Assembly (NCBI GenBank): GCA_965223705.1
Contig: OZ245015.1
Span: 1,024,001 to 1,088,000, forward strand
DNA: 64,000 nucleotides
Origin: Myxococcota bacterium
GTDB lineage: Bacteria > Myxococcota_A > UBA9160 > UBA6930
Direction: 5' to 3'
Below are positions 53,687-63,844 of the stretch, piece by piece. Each line of letters begins with the position of its first letter. The first letter of the stretch is position 1. Both the position numbers and the translations under genes were made by a program. The notes beneath the pieces are model-generated. The model searched no databases. It was not told the origin of the DNA and was given only the letters and a program-made list of their open reading frames with translations.

Positions 53687-53723
53687 TTCGGGGGCGCGGC
53701 TATCGTCGTGCTGAGGAGATTTC

Positions 53724-54263
53724 ATGAGCGAGAGCTTCCACGCGACGACCGTCGTCGCGGTGCTGCGCGACGGGAAGGTCGCGATGGCGTCGGACGGGCA
53801 GGTCACTCTGGGCGACGTCGTCGCGAAAGAGGGCGCCCGAAAAGTCCGCAAAACCGAGAACGGCAGCGCGTTGCTCGGTTTTGCCGGAGGTGCCGCCGAC
53901 GCGCTGACCTTGACCGAGCGGCTCGAGGCGAAGCTCGACACCCATCCGGGCAACGTGCGGCGCGCGGCGGTGGAGCTCGCACGAGATTGGCGGACCGATC
54001 GCATGCTCCGCCGCCTCGAAGCGATGCTTCTCGTAGGGGACCCGTCCTGCATCTTGATGGTTTCGGGAAACGGCGACGTGATCGAACCCGACGACGGGAT
54101 CGCGGCCATCGGTTCGGGAGGCTCCTACGCGCTGGCCGCGGCCCGGGCCCTGGCTCGGAAGACCGAACTTTCCGCGGATGAACTCGCGCGCGAATCGCTG
54201 CAGATCGCGTCGGAGATCTGCATCTACACCAACGACAGCATCAGCCTAGTGAGCTTGCCATGA
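53724..54263 (+). CDS. hslV: ATP-dependent protease subunit HslV
   Basis: [51 protein letters not shown]. Confidence 0.97.
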   Translation: MSESFHATTVVAVLRDGKVAMASDGQVTLGDVVAKEGARKVRKTENGSALLGFAGGAADALTLTERLEAKLDTHPGNVRRAAVELARDWRTDRMLRRLEAMLLVGDPSCILMVSGNGDVIEPDDGIAAIGSGGSYALAAARALARKTELSADELARESLQIASEICIYTNDSISLVSLP

Positions 54264-55615
54264 GTGAATCCTCCGGCGCGGCGGCTTTCACGCCCCGCGA
54301 AGTGGTCTCCGAACTCGATCGCTACATCGTCGGTCAACGCGAGGCGAAGCGCGCGGTCGCGATCGCGCTGCGCAATCGCTGGCGGCGTATGCAGGTCGAG
54401 GGCGATCTGCGCGACGAGATCTCGCCGAAGAACATCATCATGATCGGTCCAACGGGTGTGGGTAAGACCGAGATCGCGCGGCGGCTCGCAAAGCTCGCGA
54501 ACGCGCCGTTCCTCAAGATCGAAGCGACGAAGTTCACCGAGGTGGGCTACGTCGGGCGCGACGTCGAATCCATCGTCCGCGACCTGACCGACCTCGCCGT
54601 GAACATCGTGACGGAAGAAGAGCAGCGAACGGTCATGGCGCAGGCCGAGACGCGCGCCGAAGAACGCCTGCTCGACGCGCTGCTCCCGGAATCCGTCGGT
54701 TTTCAGGCCGAAGATGCGGGCGGGGGGCACGAGACCCGAGAAAAGCTCCGCAAGTTGCTGCGCGAAGGACAGCTCGACGAGCGCACCATCGAGGCGGATG
54801 TCAGCGACGTCAGCGGCGGGCCCCAGATGTCGATCTTCACGCCTCAAGGCGTCGAAGAGATGGGCGTCCAGTTCAAGGACATGTTGTCGGGGCTCATGCC
54901 CGACCGCACGAAGCGGCGCAAGCTCACGGTCGCAGAAGCGCGCGACGCGTTCCGAGCGGAGGAGGCCGGCCGGTTGGTCGACAAAGAGCGGGTGCGCGAG
55001 CGCGCCGTCGCTCGGGTCGAAGAATCGGGGATCGTCTTCATCGACGAAATCGACAAGGTCGCGGCCGCCGCGGAACGCAAAGGCGGCGGTGCCGACGTCT
55101 CGCGCGAAGGAGTGCAGCGCGACTTGTTGCCGATCGTCGAGGGCTCGACGGTGCAGACGAAACACGGTCCGGTCCGCACCGATCACGTCCTCTTCATCGC
55201 TTCCGGCGCGTTCCACGTCGCGAAGCCCTCCGACCTGATTCCCGAGCTCCAGGGGCGGTTTCCGATTCGCGTCGAACTCGCGAGCCTCACGCGGAAAGAT
55301 TTCGTCCGCATTCTCACGGAGCCGACGAACAGCCTGGTCCGGCAATACGGCGCGCTCTTGGCGACTGAGGGAATCGAGCTCGACTTCACCGAGAGCGGCG
55401 TCTCGGCCATCGCCGAGATCGCGGCGTCGGTCAACGAGCGCACGGACGACATCGGAGCGCGGCGGCTCCACACCGTGCTCGAGCGTCTCCTCGAAGAAGT
55501 GAGCTTCGATGCGCCGGACAACGCCGGCCGCACGCTGACCGTCGACGCGCATTTCGTGAATGAAAGGCTCGCCGAATTGGTGCGTGACGAGGACCTCTCG
55601 CGTTATATCCTCTAG
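54260..55615 (+). CDS. hslU: ATP-dependent protease ATPase HslU
   Basis: [69 protein letters not shown]. Confidence 0.98.
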   Translation: MSESSGAAAFTPREVVSELDRYIVGQREAKRAVAIALRNRWRRMQVEGDLRDEISPKNIIMIGPTGVGKTEIARRLAKLANAPFLKIEATKFTEVGYVGRDVESIVRDLTDLAVNIVTEEEQRTVMAQAETRAEERLLDALLPESVGFQAEDAGGGHETREKLRKLLREGQLDERTIEADVSDVSGGPQMSIFTPQGVEEMGVQFKDMLSGLMPDRTKRRKLTVAEARDAFRAEEAGRLVDKERVRERAVARVEESGIVFIDEIDKVAAAAERKGGGADVSREGVQRDLLPIVEGSTVQTKHGPVRTDHVLFIASGAFHVAKPSDLIPELQGRFPIRVELASLTRKDFVRILTEPTNSLVRQYGALLATEGIELDFTESGVSAIAEIAASVNERTDDIGARRLHTVLERLLEEVSFDAPDNAGRTLTVDAHFVNERLAELVRDEDLSRYIL

Positions 55616-55629
55616 CGCGTGGGGGGAAC

Positions 55630-57297
55630 ATGGATTCCGATCGGGTCGATGAGCAGGATCTGGCCGGTGCGGGGGCTGGCACCCGCAACACAGCGAAGAT
55701 CCTCGTCGTAGACGACGAGCGCTTCTTTCGGGAGCGGATCGGAGACGTGCTGTCCGAGGCCTCGCTGCCGTTCGTCATGGCGGAGACGGGGGAGGAGGCT
55801 CTCGAGGCGGGCGTCGATCCGCAGGTCGGGGCGGTCATCCTCGATATCGAGCTCCCGGACGTGTCGGGGCTCGAGGTGTTCCGGCAGCTGCGCGAAAAGC
55901 GCCCCGATCTTCGCGTCATCGTGCTGTCGGCCCACACCCACCAGGAATACGTTCTCGAAGCGCTGCGCCTCGGGGCATGCGATTACCTGGCGAAGCCGAT
56001 CCACGACGAAGAACTCACCCTGGCCGCCCGCCGGGCGGTCGAGAGCTTCGAGCTCGCGCGCGACCGACAGTTGCTCGAGCGCCGCCTCGACGGGCTCGCG
56101 GAAGCCTCGGCGAACCTCTCGGCGATCGGCGTCGAAGACGATCCCCAGGCCCGCGAGCTCGAGATCGCCGCCGCCGCGGTGAGGAGCACCGCGGAGCTTC
56201 TCGATGCGGCGAAAACCTCGTTGATGCGCCTCGATGCCGAGGGCGAATTGTTGCGCGTCGTCGCCGTTCACGGCCGCAAGCGCGATCTCCACCGGATGGA
56301 CGCCGTGCGCCTCGGCGACGAAGTCGCCGGTCGCGTCGCGGCGGGTGGTGAACCGCTGCTCGTCGAAGATACCGATCGCGATCCGCGCTACAGCGGGCGC
56401 GGCACGAACCAGCGCTACGACTCCCGTTCGTTTCTCATCGTGCCCCTCCCGGGGCTCGGCACCCGCCCGGGTGTTCTGTGTGCGACGGATCGACGCGACG
56501 GCCTCGCGTTCGGTCGGGAGGAGCTGACCACGTTGCAGGTGCTCGCGGCGCAGGTCGGGGAGCTTCTCGGCCGCGAGCCGGCCGCGGAAACCGACCTTCT
56601 CGAAGCGGCGATGGAAGAGGACCCGCCGACCGCGGTCGAGGACACGTTCGACGCGCCCATGAGCGCGGAAGCGGAGATGGCGCGCGCCGTCTGCGACGCG
56701 GTTACCGCGGACATCGATCCGGCGCGCTTCCTCCCGGCGGCGTTGTCGCGCGTCGCCGAGGCGCTTCAAGCCGAGCCGGTGTCGATCTACCTGCACAACC
56801 CGAACGCGCGCGAACCCGAGCTCGTGCTCGAAGCGCAGTGCGCTGTCGGGACGCGAGCCGACCGGCCGCGGCTCGCTGCGACCCGCGGACTCACCGGCAC
56901 CGTTCTCTCCACCGGGCACCTCGTGGCGAGCGCCGCACCCACCGAGGATCCGCGCTACGACCCGGGCATCGACGCTCCTGCCGACGGCGAACCCGGCGCG
57001 TTCCTGTGCGGGCCGCTCCGCTTCCGAGACAAGACGCTGGGCGTCTTCCGCGTGTTTTTGAGCGACCCCGCGGCGTGTCGCCCGCGCATGGGAGAGCTCC
57101 TCGGGGCCGTTCTGGGCGCGGCGCTGCGCAACGCTCTTCTGTACCGTTCTCTGGTCGAAACAATCGAGGAGTCCGCGAAGCAGGCGGCACCCGCGAACCG
57201 ATCGAGGCCCCGTGGGCGCGGCGGGCAGCGGGCAGAACCCAAACCGGCTGGAGCTCCCGCACAGGGTCCGGCCGCGGAATCGACCGAGCGCCCCTGA
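55630..57297 (+). CDS. Response regulator with two GAF domains and no evident output domain
   Basis: REC ([18 protein letters not shown]), then GAF ([21 protein letters not shown]...FLIVPL) and a second GAF (GLTGTVL...DPRY...[11 protein letters not shown]). Confidence 0.82.
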   Translation: MDSDRVDEQDLAGAGAGTRNTAKILVVDDERFFRERIGDVLSEASLPFVMAETGEEALEAGVDPQVGAVILDIELPDVSGLEVFRQLREKRPDLRVIVLSAHTHQEYVLEALRLGACDYLAKPIHDEELTLAARRAVESFELARDRQLLERRLDGLAEASANLSAIGVEDDPQARELEIAAAAVRSTAELLDAAKTSLMRLDAEGELLRVVAVHGRKRDLHRMDAVRLGDEVAGRVAAGGEPLLVEDTDRDPRYSGRGTNQRYDSRSFLIVPLPGLGTRPGVLCATDRRDGLAFGREELTTLQVLAAQVGELLGREPAAETDLLEAAMEEDPPTAVEDTFDAPMSAEAEMARAVCDAVTADIDPARFLPAALSRVAEALQAEPVSIYLHNPNAREPELVLEAQCAVGTRADRPRLAATRGLTGTVLSTGHLVASAAPTEDPRYDPGIDAPADGEPGAFLCGPLRFRDKTLGVFRVFLSDPAACRPRMGELLGAVLGAALRNALLYRSLVETIEESAKQAAPANRSRPRGRGGQRAEPKPAGAPAQGPAAESTERP

Positions 57298-57335
57298 CGC
57301 TCGGTCAACGCGCTTTAAGGCGCGGGAACGGCACC

Positions 57336-58190
57336 GTGGTAGAGGATTGGATCGCCAAAGCGGAAGTGCTGGTCGAAGCGCTTCCGTACATCCGACGTTT
57401 CTCCGACAAGGTCGTCGTCATCAAGTACGGCGGCGCGGCGATGGTCTCCGAGGAACTGCGCACGTCCTTCGCGGTCGATGTGGTTCTCCTCAAGTACATC
57501 GGGATGCGCCCGGTGATCGTCCACGGCGGCGGCCCGCAGATCGGCGAAGCGCTCGCCCGCCTGGGCAAGGAATCGCAGTTCATTGACGGTCTGCGGGTGA
57601 CGGACGACGAAACGATGGATGTCGTCGAGATGGTTCTCGGGGGCAAAGTGAATCGCGAGATCGTCGAACGCATGCACCGAGCTGGCGGCCGCGCGGTGGG
57701 CCTCAACGGGACCGACGGGGAGATGCTTCGCGTCAAGCGAAAGCTCCACAACGGGCAAGATATCGGTCGCGTGGGCGAAGTCGTCGCGATTCATCCGGAA
57801 CCCTTGGAAGCGATCGCCGACAACGGCTTTATCCCCGTGGTCGCGCCGATCGGCGTCGACGCTGAAGGTACGACGTACAACGTGAACGCCGACGAAGCCG
57901 CGGGCGCGGTGGCGCGCGCGCTGCGTGCGGAAAAGCTCGTGTTGCTGACCGACGTGGCGGGCGTCCTCGATCGCGACGGCGAGCGGATTTCGCAGCTCTC
58001 GAAATCGGAGGTCGACAAAGCCATCGACGAAGGGACGATCCAAGGCGGCATGATTCCGAAGGTGCAGTGCTGTCTCGACGCGATTGCGGGCGGCGCACGT
58101 CGCGCGCACATCATCGACGGCCGCGTCCCCCACGCCTTGCTCCTCGAGATTTTCACCGACGGCGGCGTCGGCACGCTGTTGACGGATTAG
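57336..58190 (+). CDS. argB: Acetylglutamate kinase
   Basis: [51 protein letters not shown]. Confidence 0.97.
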   Translation: MVEDWIAKAEVLVEALPYIRRFSDKVVVIKYGGAAMVSEELRTSFAVDVVLLKYIGMRPVIVHGGGPQIGEALARLGKESQFIDGLRVTDDETMDVVEMVLGGKVNREIVERMHRAGGRAVGLNGTDGEMLRVKRKLHNGQDIGRVGEVVAIHPEPLEAIADNGFIPVVAPIGVDAEGTTYNVNADEAAGAVARALRAEKLVLLTDVAGVLDRDGERISQLSKSEVDKAIDEGTIQGGMIPKVQCCLDAIAGGARRAHIIDGRVPHALLLEIFTDGGVGTLLTD

Positions 58191-58192
58191 TC

Positions 58193-59119
58193 GTGCCGAA
58201 AGATTTCCTGAGCCTGGGCGATTGGTCCGCCGACGAACTCGAAGCGCTACTCACCCGCGCCGCCGAGCTGAAACGCCTGCAGGTCAAGGGTGAGAGGCCT
58301 CAGACCCTCTTGGGCCGCACCCTCGCGATGTACTTCGAGCATCCGTCGTTACGGACCCACGTGACCTTCGAGGCCGGCATGACCCAGCTCGGCGGCCACG
58401 CCATTTTTCTGACCGGGGACCAGGTGGGAATCGGGCGTCGCGAATCCGCGCCCGACGTCGCCCGCAATCTATCGCGCTGGGTCGACGGCCTGGTCGCCAG
58501 GACCGCGCGGCATGAGCTGGTCGAGAGCCTGGCGGCGGAAGCCGACATCCCCGTGATCAACGCGCTGACCGATCGCTTCCACCCGTGTCAGGCGATGGCC
58601 GACCTGTTGGCCATGAGCGAGCGCCGGGCGGTATCGGACATCCGCTTGGCGTTCGTCGGCGATGGAAACAACGTGGCCAACAGCTTGTCGATGGCCGCGG
58701 CAGTGCTGGGCTTCCAATTCGCGCTCGCCACGCCCCCGAGCTATCGCCCGCCGCCCGAGATTTGGGATGAAGCGCTACGTCTGGCGGAATCGAGTGGCGC
58801 CGCCCTTCACTGGACAGAAGACCCGCGGGAAGCCGTCGCCGACGCGGAGTTCGTCTACACCGATGTCTGGGCGAGCATGGGGCAGGAATCCGAGGCGGCC
58901 GCCCGCCGCGCGGTGTTTGCGCCGTATCAGGTGAACGCCGAGCTCCTCGCTGCGGCACCGGCCGGCGCCTACGTCATGCACGATTTACCGGCCCATCGCG
59001 GAGAGGAAATCACCGACGACGTGCTCGACGGTCCCCAGAGCATCGTGCTCGACCAGGCCGAAAATCGCCTCCACGCGCAGAAAGCGATCCTCGAACGGCT
59101 GATCTCTCCGCCAGCGTAG
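58193..59119 (+). CDS. argF: Ornithine carbamoyltransferase
   Basis: PSLRT, HPCQ, GDGNNV, YTDVWASMG, HDLPAHRGEE, QAENRLH. Confidence 0.93.
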   Translation: MPKDFLSLGDWSADELEALLTRAAELKRLQVKGERPQTLLGRTLAMYFEHPSLRTHVTFEAGMTQLGGHAIFLTGDQVGIGRRESAPDVARNLSRWVDGLVARTARHELVESLAAEADIPVINALTDRFHPCQAMADLLAMSERRAVSDIRLAFVGDGNNVANSLSMAAAVLGFQFALATPPSYRPPPEIWDEALRLAESSGAALHWTEDPREAVADAEFVYTDVWASMGQESEAAARRAVFAPYQVNAELLAAAPAGAYVMHDLPAHRGEEITDDVLDGPQSIVLDQAENRLHAQKAILERLISPPA

Positions 59120-59130
59120 AACCCACTACG

Positions 59131-59170
59131 CGAATCGAGGGTTTTCGGCCCCGAAGCATCGTTCTTTTTT
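59131..59170 (+). terminator. Possible intrinsic terminator after argF
   Basis: Imperfect stem around TTCGG-CC-CCGAA followed by TTCTTTTTT; the stem is weak. Confidence 0.3.
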
Positions 59171-59182
59171 CCCCATCCGTTC

Positions 59183-59210
59183 TCATCCAGGCCCGGCAAC
59201 TGGCCGATGA
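59183..59210 (+). promoter_or_regulatory. Putative sigma28-type promoter for the J-domain/Hsp70 module
   Basis: TCAT-N16-GCCGATGA. Confidence 0.55.
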
Positions 59211-59263
59211 AGCCTGCGAAGTCCTGGGACCCGATTCGTTCGCGGTCTCGGGGGAGGGGTGAA

Positions 59264-60652
59264 TTGGTCGAGTCGCGACGCAAGGCGGATTCGCGGGACC
59301 GAGCGCCGGCGCTTGCGCCGGGGTGCAATCCCATGGATCTGCCGTTGTCGCCCGAAGAGGGTTACCTGCTCTCTCGGGTGGACGGTCGGACCTCGCGCGC
59401 GGAGCTCCGCCAGATCGGCGGGATGCCCGGGGTCGAAGTCGACCGCTGTCTCGAGCGTTGGGCCAAGGAAGGCATCATCGAGCTCGACGGGGTGCGTGCG
59501 GAGCGCGCGGAGAATCCGCCCGCCCGCGAGGTGGAACCCGAGACGACGACACCTCCTCGGCAGGATCCGCCGCTCGCCGAGGCCCATGCGTCTCCCGCCG
59601 TCAATCGCGCGGAAATCGACGACAGCCTCGACCTCTCCGTAGAATTTCAAGAAGAGATCCAGGTCTTCCTCCTGCGAATCGAGGATCCGTACCACGAGAT
59701 TCTGGGCGTCGACATCGATGCCGACGCGAAGACCATCAAGAAGGCGTACTTCGGACTCTCGAAGAGCTATCACCCAGATCGCTACTTCCGGAAAAACCTG
59801 GGCCCTTACGCCGAGTACCTCGACCGCATCTTCAAGCGCGTTCTCGAGGCCTATGAGCTTCTTTCCGACCCCATCACGCGAGAAGAAGTGCAGCGCGAGC
59901 TGCGACAAGCGAAAGCCGCCGCGCCCGAAGCGGAAGCGCCTTCGGCCGAGACGCCGGAAGCGCCGGCCGCCGACGTCGAAGCCACGTCGGAGGAAACGCC
60001 TGCGGGCGCGCCGCCCGAGGTGGAAGAGACCGAGCTGCCGCCCAGCGTCAGCGCTCCGAAGGGTCCGAAAATCGATCCGCGGGTCGCCGCGCGCCGTTTG
60101 CGCGACCTGCGCCGACAAAAGCTTCGCGGTGGTTTCGTCGACCGCCGGGCGAAAGCGAAGAAGTACTTCGAATCGGGCATGTCGGCATTTCGCCAGGAGC
60201 GCTGGCTCGAAGCCGCCGGCAGTGTTCGCCTGGCGATCGCTTTCGATCCAAAGAATCAGGCGTTTCGAGAATCCTTCGCCGAGGTGCAGACCAAAGCTCA
60301 CGGCGAGCGCGCGAAGTCGCTCATCGCGGAAGCGGAGAAGCATCTCGACATGCGCGAGTACGGCGACGCGCTCCGCTGCTTCGGGGATGCGATCCACTAT
60401 CGCCCCTTCGACGGCGATCTCTTGTTCAAAGCGGCCAAGCTTTGCTGGCAGGTGGACGACGACCTCCATCAGGCGAAGGAATGGGGCATGGCCGCGTGCG
60501 AGCTGGACCCCGAGAACGCGGCGTATCACCGAGTTCTCGGACAGATCTACAAGGCGGCGGGCCTGACTGCGAACGCCCGTCGGGAACTACAAGCGGCGGT
60601 TCGTCTGGATTCTCAGGATGCCGAGGCCGCCGCAGAGCTGAAGAGCCTTTAG
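59264..60652 (+). CDS. Class C J-domain protein (wHTH-like N-terminus, J-domain, TPRs)
   Basis: PYHEILGV..DAD.KTIKKAYF.LSKSYHPD...AYELLSDP..R; C-terminal TPR helices. TTG start follows a GGAGG SD. Confidence 0.88.
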   Translation: MVESRRKADSRDRAPALAPGCNPMDLPLSPEEGYLLSRVDGRTSRAELRQIGGMPGVEVDRCLERWAKEGIIELDGVRAERAENPPAREVEPETTTPPRQDPPLAEAHASPAVNRAEIDDSLDLSVEFQEEIQVFLLRIEDPYHEILGVDIDADAKTIKKAYFGLSKSYHPDRYFRKNLGPYAEYLDRIFKRVLEAYELLSDPITREEVQRELRQAKAAAPEAEAPSAETPEAPAADVEATSEETPAGAPPEVEETELPPSVSAPKGPKIDPRVAARRLRDLRRQKLRGGFVDRRAKAKKYFESGMSAFRQERWLEAAGSVRLAIAFDPKNQAFRESFAEVQTKAHGERAKSLIAEAEKHLDMREYGDALRCFGDAIHYRPFDGDLLFKAAKLCWQVDDDLHQAKEWGMAACELDPENAAYHRVLGQIYKAAGLTANARRELQAAVRLDSQDAEAAAELKSL

Positions 60653-60691
60653 CGCGCCTTACGGCGCACGAGTCGAGTTGGGAGGAGGGTT

Positions 60692-62263
60692 ATGAGTCGG
60701 GTAATTGGGATCGATCTGGGGACGACGAATTCGTGCGTCGCCATTATCGAGAACGGACAGCCGAGCGTGATTCCGAACGCGGGAGGCTACAAGACAACGC
60801 CCTCGATGTTCGCGGTGACACAAGACGGGAAGCGTCTCGTCGGACACCTGGCAAAACGGCAAGCCATCACGAACGCCGACAACACCGTCTTCGCTGCGAA
60901 GCGGTTGATCGGTCGTCGCTTCGACGACGCCGAGGTGCAGCGGTCGATCGATCTCTGTCCCTACGCGATCGTCGAAGGCCCGAACGAAGATCCGCGGATC
61001 GAGGTCGGCGGCAAGGTGTTCACCTGCCCGGAGATCTCCGCGATCATCTTGCGCGAGATGAAGCGGGTTGCGGAGGAATATCTCGGCGAGCCCGTGCAGG
61101 AAGCCGTGATCACGGTCCCCGCCTACTTCAACGACGCACAGCGCCAGAGCACGAAAGACGCGGGGCGGATCGCGGGACTCGAAGTGCTGCGCATCATCAA
61201 CGAGCCGACGGCCGCTGCGCTGATGTACGGCTTCGGGAAGAAGGGCGAAGAAAAAATCGCTGTGTACGACCTGGGCGGCGGTACCTTCGATATCTCGATC
61301 CTCGAGATGGCCGACGGGGTGCTCGAAGTCTTGGCCACCGCGGGGAACACGTTCCTCGGCGGCGAAGATTTCGACCGCCGCGTCGTGAACCACCTGATCG
61401 AACGTTTCAACGAGACCGACGGGATCGATCTCCGCACCGACAACATGGCGCTCCAGCGCCTGAAGGACGCCGCGGAAAAAGCCAAGTGCGATCTCTCCCA
61501 GCGTGAATCTTCCGAAATCAACTTGCCGTTTATCGCGAGTGACTCGGACGGGCCGCGCCATCTTTCGCTCGAACTCACGCGTGAAACGCTCGAAGGCCTC
61601 GTGCACGACATCGTGAACGGCACGCTCAAGACCGTCGAGCAGTGCCTCGCGGATTCGGGACTTCAGGCGAACGAGATCGACCAGGTCATCCTCGTCGGCG
61701 GCCAAACGCGGATGCCGCTTGTGCAACAGGCCGTCGCCGATTATTTCGGGACGCGACCGAACAAGGGCGTCAATCCGGACGAGGTCGTCGCCGTCGGCGC
61801 CGCGATTCAGGGCGAAGCATTGGTCTCCGAGGACAACAGCTTGCTGCTCCTCGATGTGACGCCGCTCTCGCTCGGCATCGCGACCTTCGGTGGTCACTTC
61901 ACCGCGCTGATCGAACGCAACACCACCGTGCCGGTGCGCAAGTCACACATCTTCACGACAACCCGAGACAATCAGACCGCGGTCAAGATTCGGGTTCTCC
62001 AAGGTGAATCGTTGGTCGCCGCCGAGAACGATCTTCTCGGAGAGTTCGTTCTCACCGGGATCCGTCAGGCGCCCAAGGGCGAGCCGGAAATCGACGTCGC
62101 CTTTGACATCGACGCGAACGGCATCGTCAGCGTGTCGGCGCGCGACCTCCAAACGAGCAAGGAACAGTCCATCACCGTGAGCGCGACCGGAACGCTCTCC
62201 GAAGAAGAGGTCCAGCGGATCATCGAAGAGCAGGAGCTCTACGAAGTCGAGCTCAAGAAGTAG
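60692..62263 (+). CDS. dnaK: Hsp70/DnaK paralogue lacking most of the alpha-helical lid
   Basis: [45 protein letters not shown], linker [13 protein letters not shown]-beta; stops at 523 aa. Confidence 0.9.
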   Translation: MSRVIGIDLGTTNSCVAIIENGQPSVIPNAGGYKTTPSMFAVTQDGKRLVGHLAKRQAITNADNTVFAAKRLIGRRFDDAEVQRSIDLCPYAIVEGPNEDPRIEVGGKVFTCPEISAIILREMKRVAEEYLGEPVQEAVITVPAYFNDAQRQSTKDAGRIAGLEVLRIINEPTAAALMYGFGKKGEEKIAVYDLGGGTFDISILEMADGVLEVLATAGNTFLGGEDFDRRVVNHLIERFNETDGIDLRTDNMALQRLKDAAEKAKCDLSQRESSEINLPFIASDSDGPRHLSLELTRETLEGLVHDIVNGTLKTVEQCLADSGLQANEIDQVILVGGQTRMPLVQQAVADYFGTRPNKGVNPDEVVAVGAAIQGEALVSEDNSLLLLDVTPLSLGIATFGGHFTALIERNTTVPVRKSHIFTTTRDNQTAVKIRVLQGESLVAAENDLLGEFVLTGIRQAPKGEPEIDVAFDIDANGIVSVSARDLQTSKEQSITVSATGTLSEEEVQRIIEEQELYEVELKK

Positions 62264-62265
62264 GG

Positions 62266-62850
62266 ATGGCGGATCTCGACCTCGGAGAGCGCGTCGAGAG
62301 CCTCCTGGCCGAGGGTCTCGAGCATTTCGGAAACGGGCGGGCGGACCGCGCGATCGTTTGTTGGCGCGAGGTGTTGCACCTCGATCCGACGAGTATCGAA
62401 GCGCGGGACTATCTCGCGGATGCCGGCGCGGGCGAAAAACCCGAATCGTCGCCATCGGCGAACGCACGCCCTTACAAGGAGTCGCTCCTCGCGGAAGCGA
62501 TCGACTCGATCGCCCTGGGAGATCTCGAACCCGCGTTCGAGGTGCTCGAGTTGCTCGCCGCTCAAGAACCGGCGGACCTTCCGATCCAAGGCCACTACGA
62601 ACTCGCGCGCACGGAGCTCGCTCGCGTGTATCGGCGCGAGCTCGGTGACGGGGCGACCGCCTACGAAATTGAAAGTCGCGACCGCTTGTACGGCCTCAAT
62701 CTTCCCACCGAAGCGGGCTACTTGGCGTCGTTGGTCGACGGAGAAGCGACCCTCGACAGCATTCTCGATGTCTCGGCGATCGATCGCTTCGAAACGGTGC
62801 GCACACTGGTCCGTTTGAAGAACGCCGGCGTCATCCGGGAAAAGGCGTAA
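62266..62850 (+). CDS. Hypothetical TPR + winged-helix protein
   Basis: TPR-like LLAEGLEHF...AIVCWREVLHLDP...ARDYL; C-term EAGYLASLVDG.ATL..IL.VS..DRFETVRTL..L...GVI. Confidence 0.75.
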   Translation: MADLDLGERVESLLAEGLEHFGNGRADRAIVCWREVLHLDPTSIEARDYLADAGAGEKPESSPSANARPYKESLLAEAIDSIALGDLEPAFEVLELLAAQEPADLPIQGHYELARTELARVYRRELGDGATAYEIESRDRLYGLNLPTEAGYLASLVDGEATLDSILDVSAIDRFETVRTLVRLKNAGVIREKA

Positions 62851-62852
62851 AC

Positions 62853-63815
62853 GTGGACTACGAACTGCTCCAGGCCATCGACGAGCCGGGGTTCGTCGCG
62901 ACCCCCGAAGGCATGATCACCCACGTCAACCCGAGCTTCAGGCGCCGAATTGCCGTCGAAGGACCCCCGCTCGACGAGTCACCCGGGCGTCTGCTCGAAG
63001 ATCTCTTCGACGGGGGCGCGCGCGAATCGATCCTCGACGCGGTGATGAAGGTCGGCCGCGAGCAAGTGAGCCAACGGTTCTTTGCGCGAAACGCGGGCTA
63101 TGGCTACGCGGGCATCGCGTCTCCGGTGTTCACGGACAACCGGGTCGATGCTGTCGTCGTGTTGCTGCACCCGGCTCCCGAAGGTTCCCAGCGAATTCTC
63201 CAGATGCAGCGCGAGATCGACGATCCGTTGCACGAGATTCGCAAGGCGCTCGACATCGTGCTCGAGCAGACGGGAGGGCGACGGGCGTCGCGCTATCGCT
63301 ACGTGGTCGAAGGCGCGCGCCACGCAGCGGCCCGAGCGCTCGAGTGGAGCACCCAACTGCGGCGTCTGCTCACGAAGGACGATCTGCCCGGCGCTGCTGA
63401 ATCGTCGGGGGCGTTCGATCCCGCGGACGCGCTTCGCACGGTGGCTCAGTCGGTGAGCGAGGACGTCGCGCGGTTGAACATTCCCCTCGATCTCCATTCG
63501 AAGAATTCATTGCCTCCGATTCGGGGCGATCGGATCCAACTCGAGACGATGCTCATTCGATTCCTTCGCGAGCGACTGGCCAAGGATGAGGCGCCCGCAC
63601 GCCTCGCGTTGTCCGCTCGCAGTGCGGGACGAGACGGGGCGAAGCACATCGTGATGGCGTTGACCGAGCAGCCCCGCGCGGGCAGCTCGCCGAGCGAACA
63701 GACGCCGCCGCCGCTTCTCAACGACTGGGTCGAGGCTCTCGGCGGAACACTCGCGAGCGTCTCGAACCCCACCCTCGGGCGTACGCTCGTGATCCAATTC
63801 CCCCAGGCCGGCTAG
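62853..63815 (+). CDS. PAS-domain protein with degenerate HisKA/HATPase (pseudo-histidine kinase)
   Basis: PAS (LLQAIDEP.FV.TPEG.ITHVN.SF); H-box-like QREIDDPL without His; IRGDRIQLETML without Asn; terminal LGGTL.....LGRTLVIQFP. Confidence 0.7.
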   Translation: MDYELLQAIDEPGFVATPEGMITHVNPSFRRRIAVEGPPLDESPGRLLEDLFDGGARESILDAVMKVGREQVSQRFFARNAGYGYAGIASPVFTDNRVDAVVVLLHPAPEGSQRILQMQREIDDPLHEIRKALDIVLEQTGGRRASRYRYVVEGARHAAARALEWSTQLRRLLTKDDLPGAAESSGAFDPADALRTVAQSVSEDVARLNIPLDLHSKNSLPPIRGDRIQLETMLIRFLRERLAKDEAPARLALSARSAGRDGAKHIVMALTEQPRAGSSPSEQTPPPLLNDWVEALGGTLASVSNPTLGRTLVIQFPQAG

Positions 63816-63844
63816 CCGGGCGGTAGCGCGTTACCTTCGGCGGC

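Noticed and set aside
58193..59119. ArgF as an N-acetyl/succinyl-ornithine transcarbamylase because of the SLRT and HDLP variants
   Set aside because: It retains the DxxxSMG ornithine-binding loop and HPCQ of ordinary OTCases.
63819..63830. ops/RfaH-like GGCGGTAGCGCG
   Set aside because: It precedes argG rather than a polysaccharide operon and lies upstream of the apparent -10; likely chance in GC-rich DNA.
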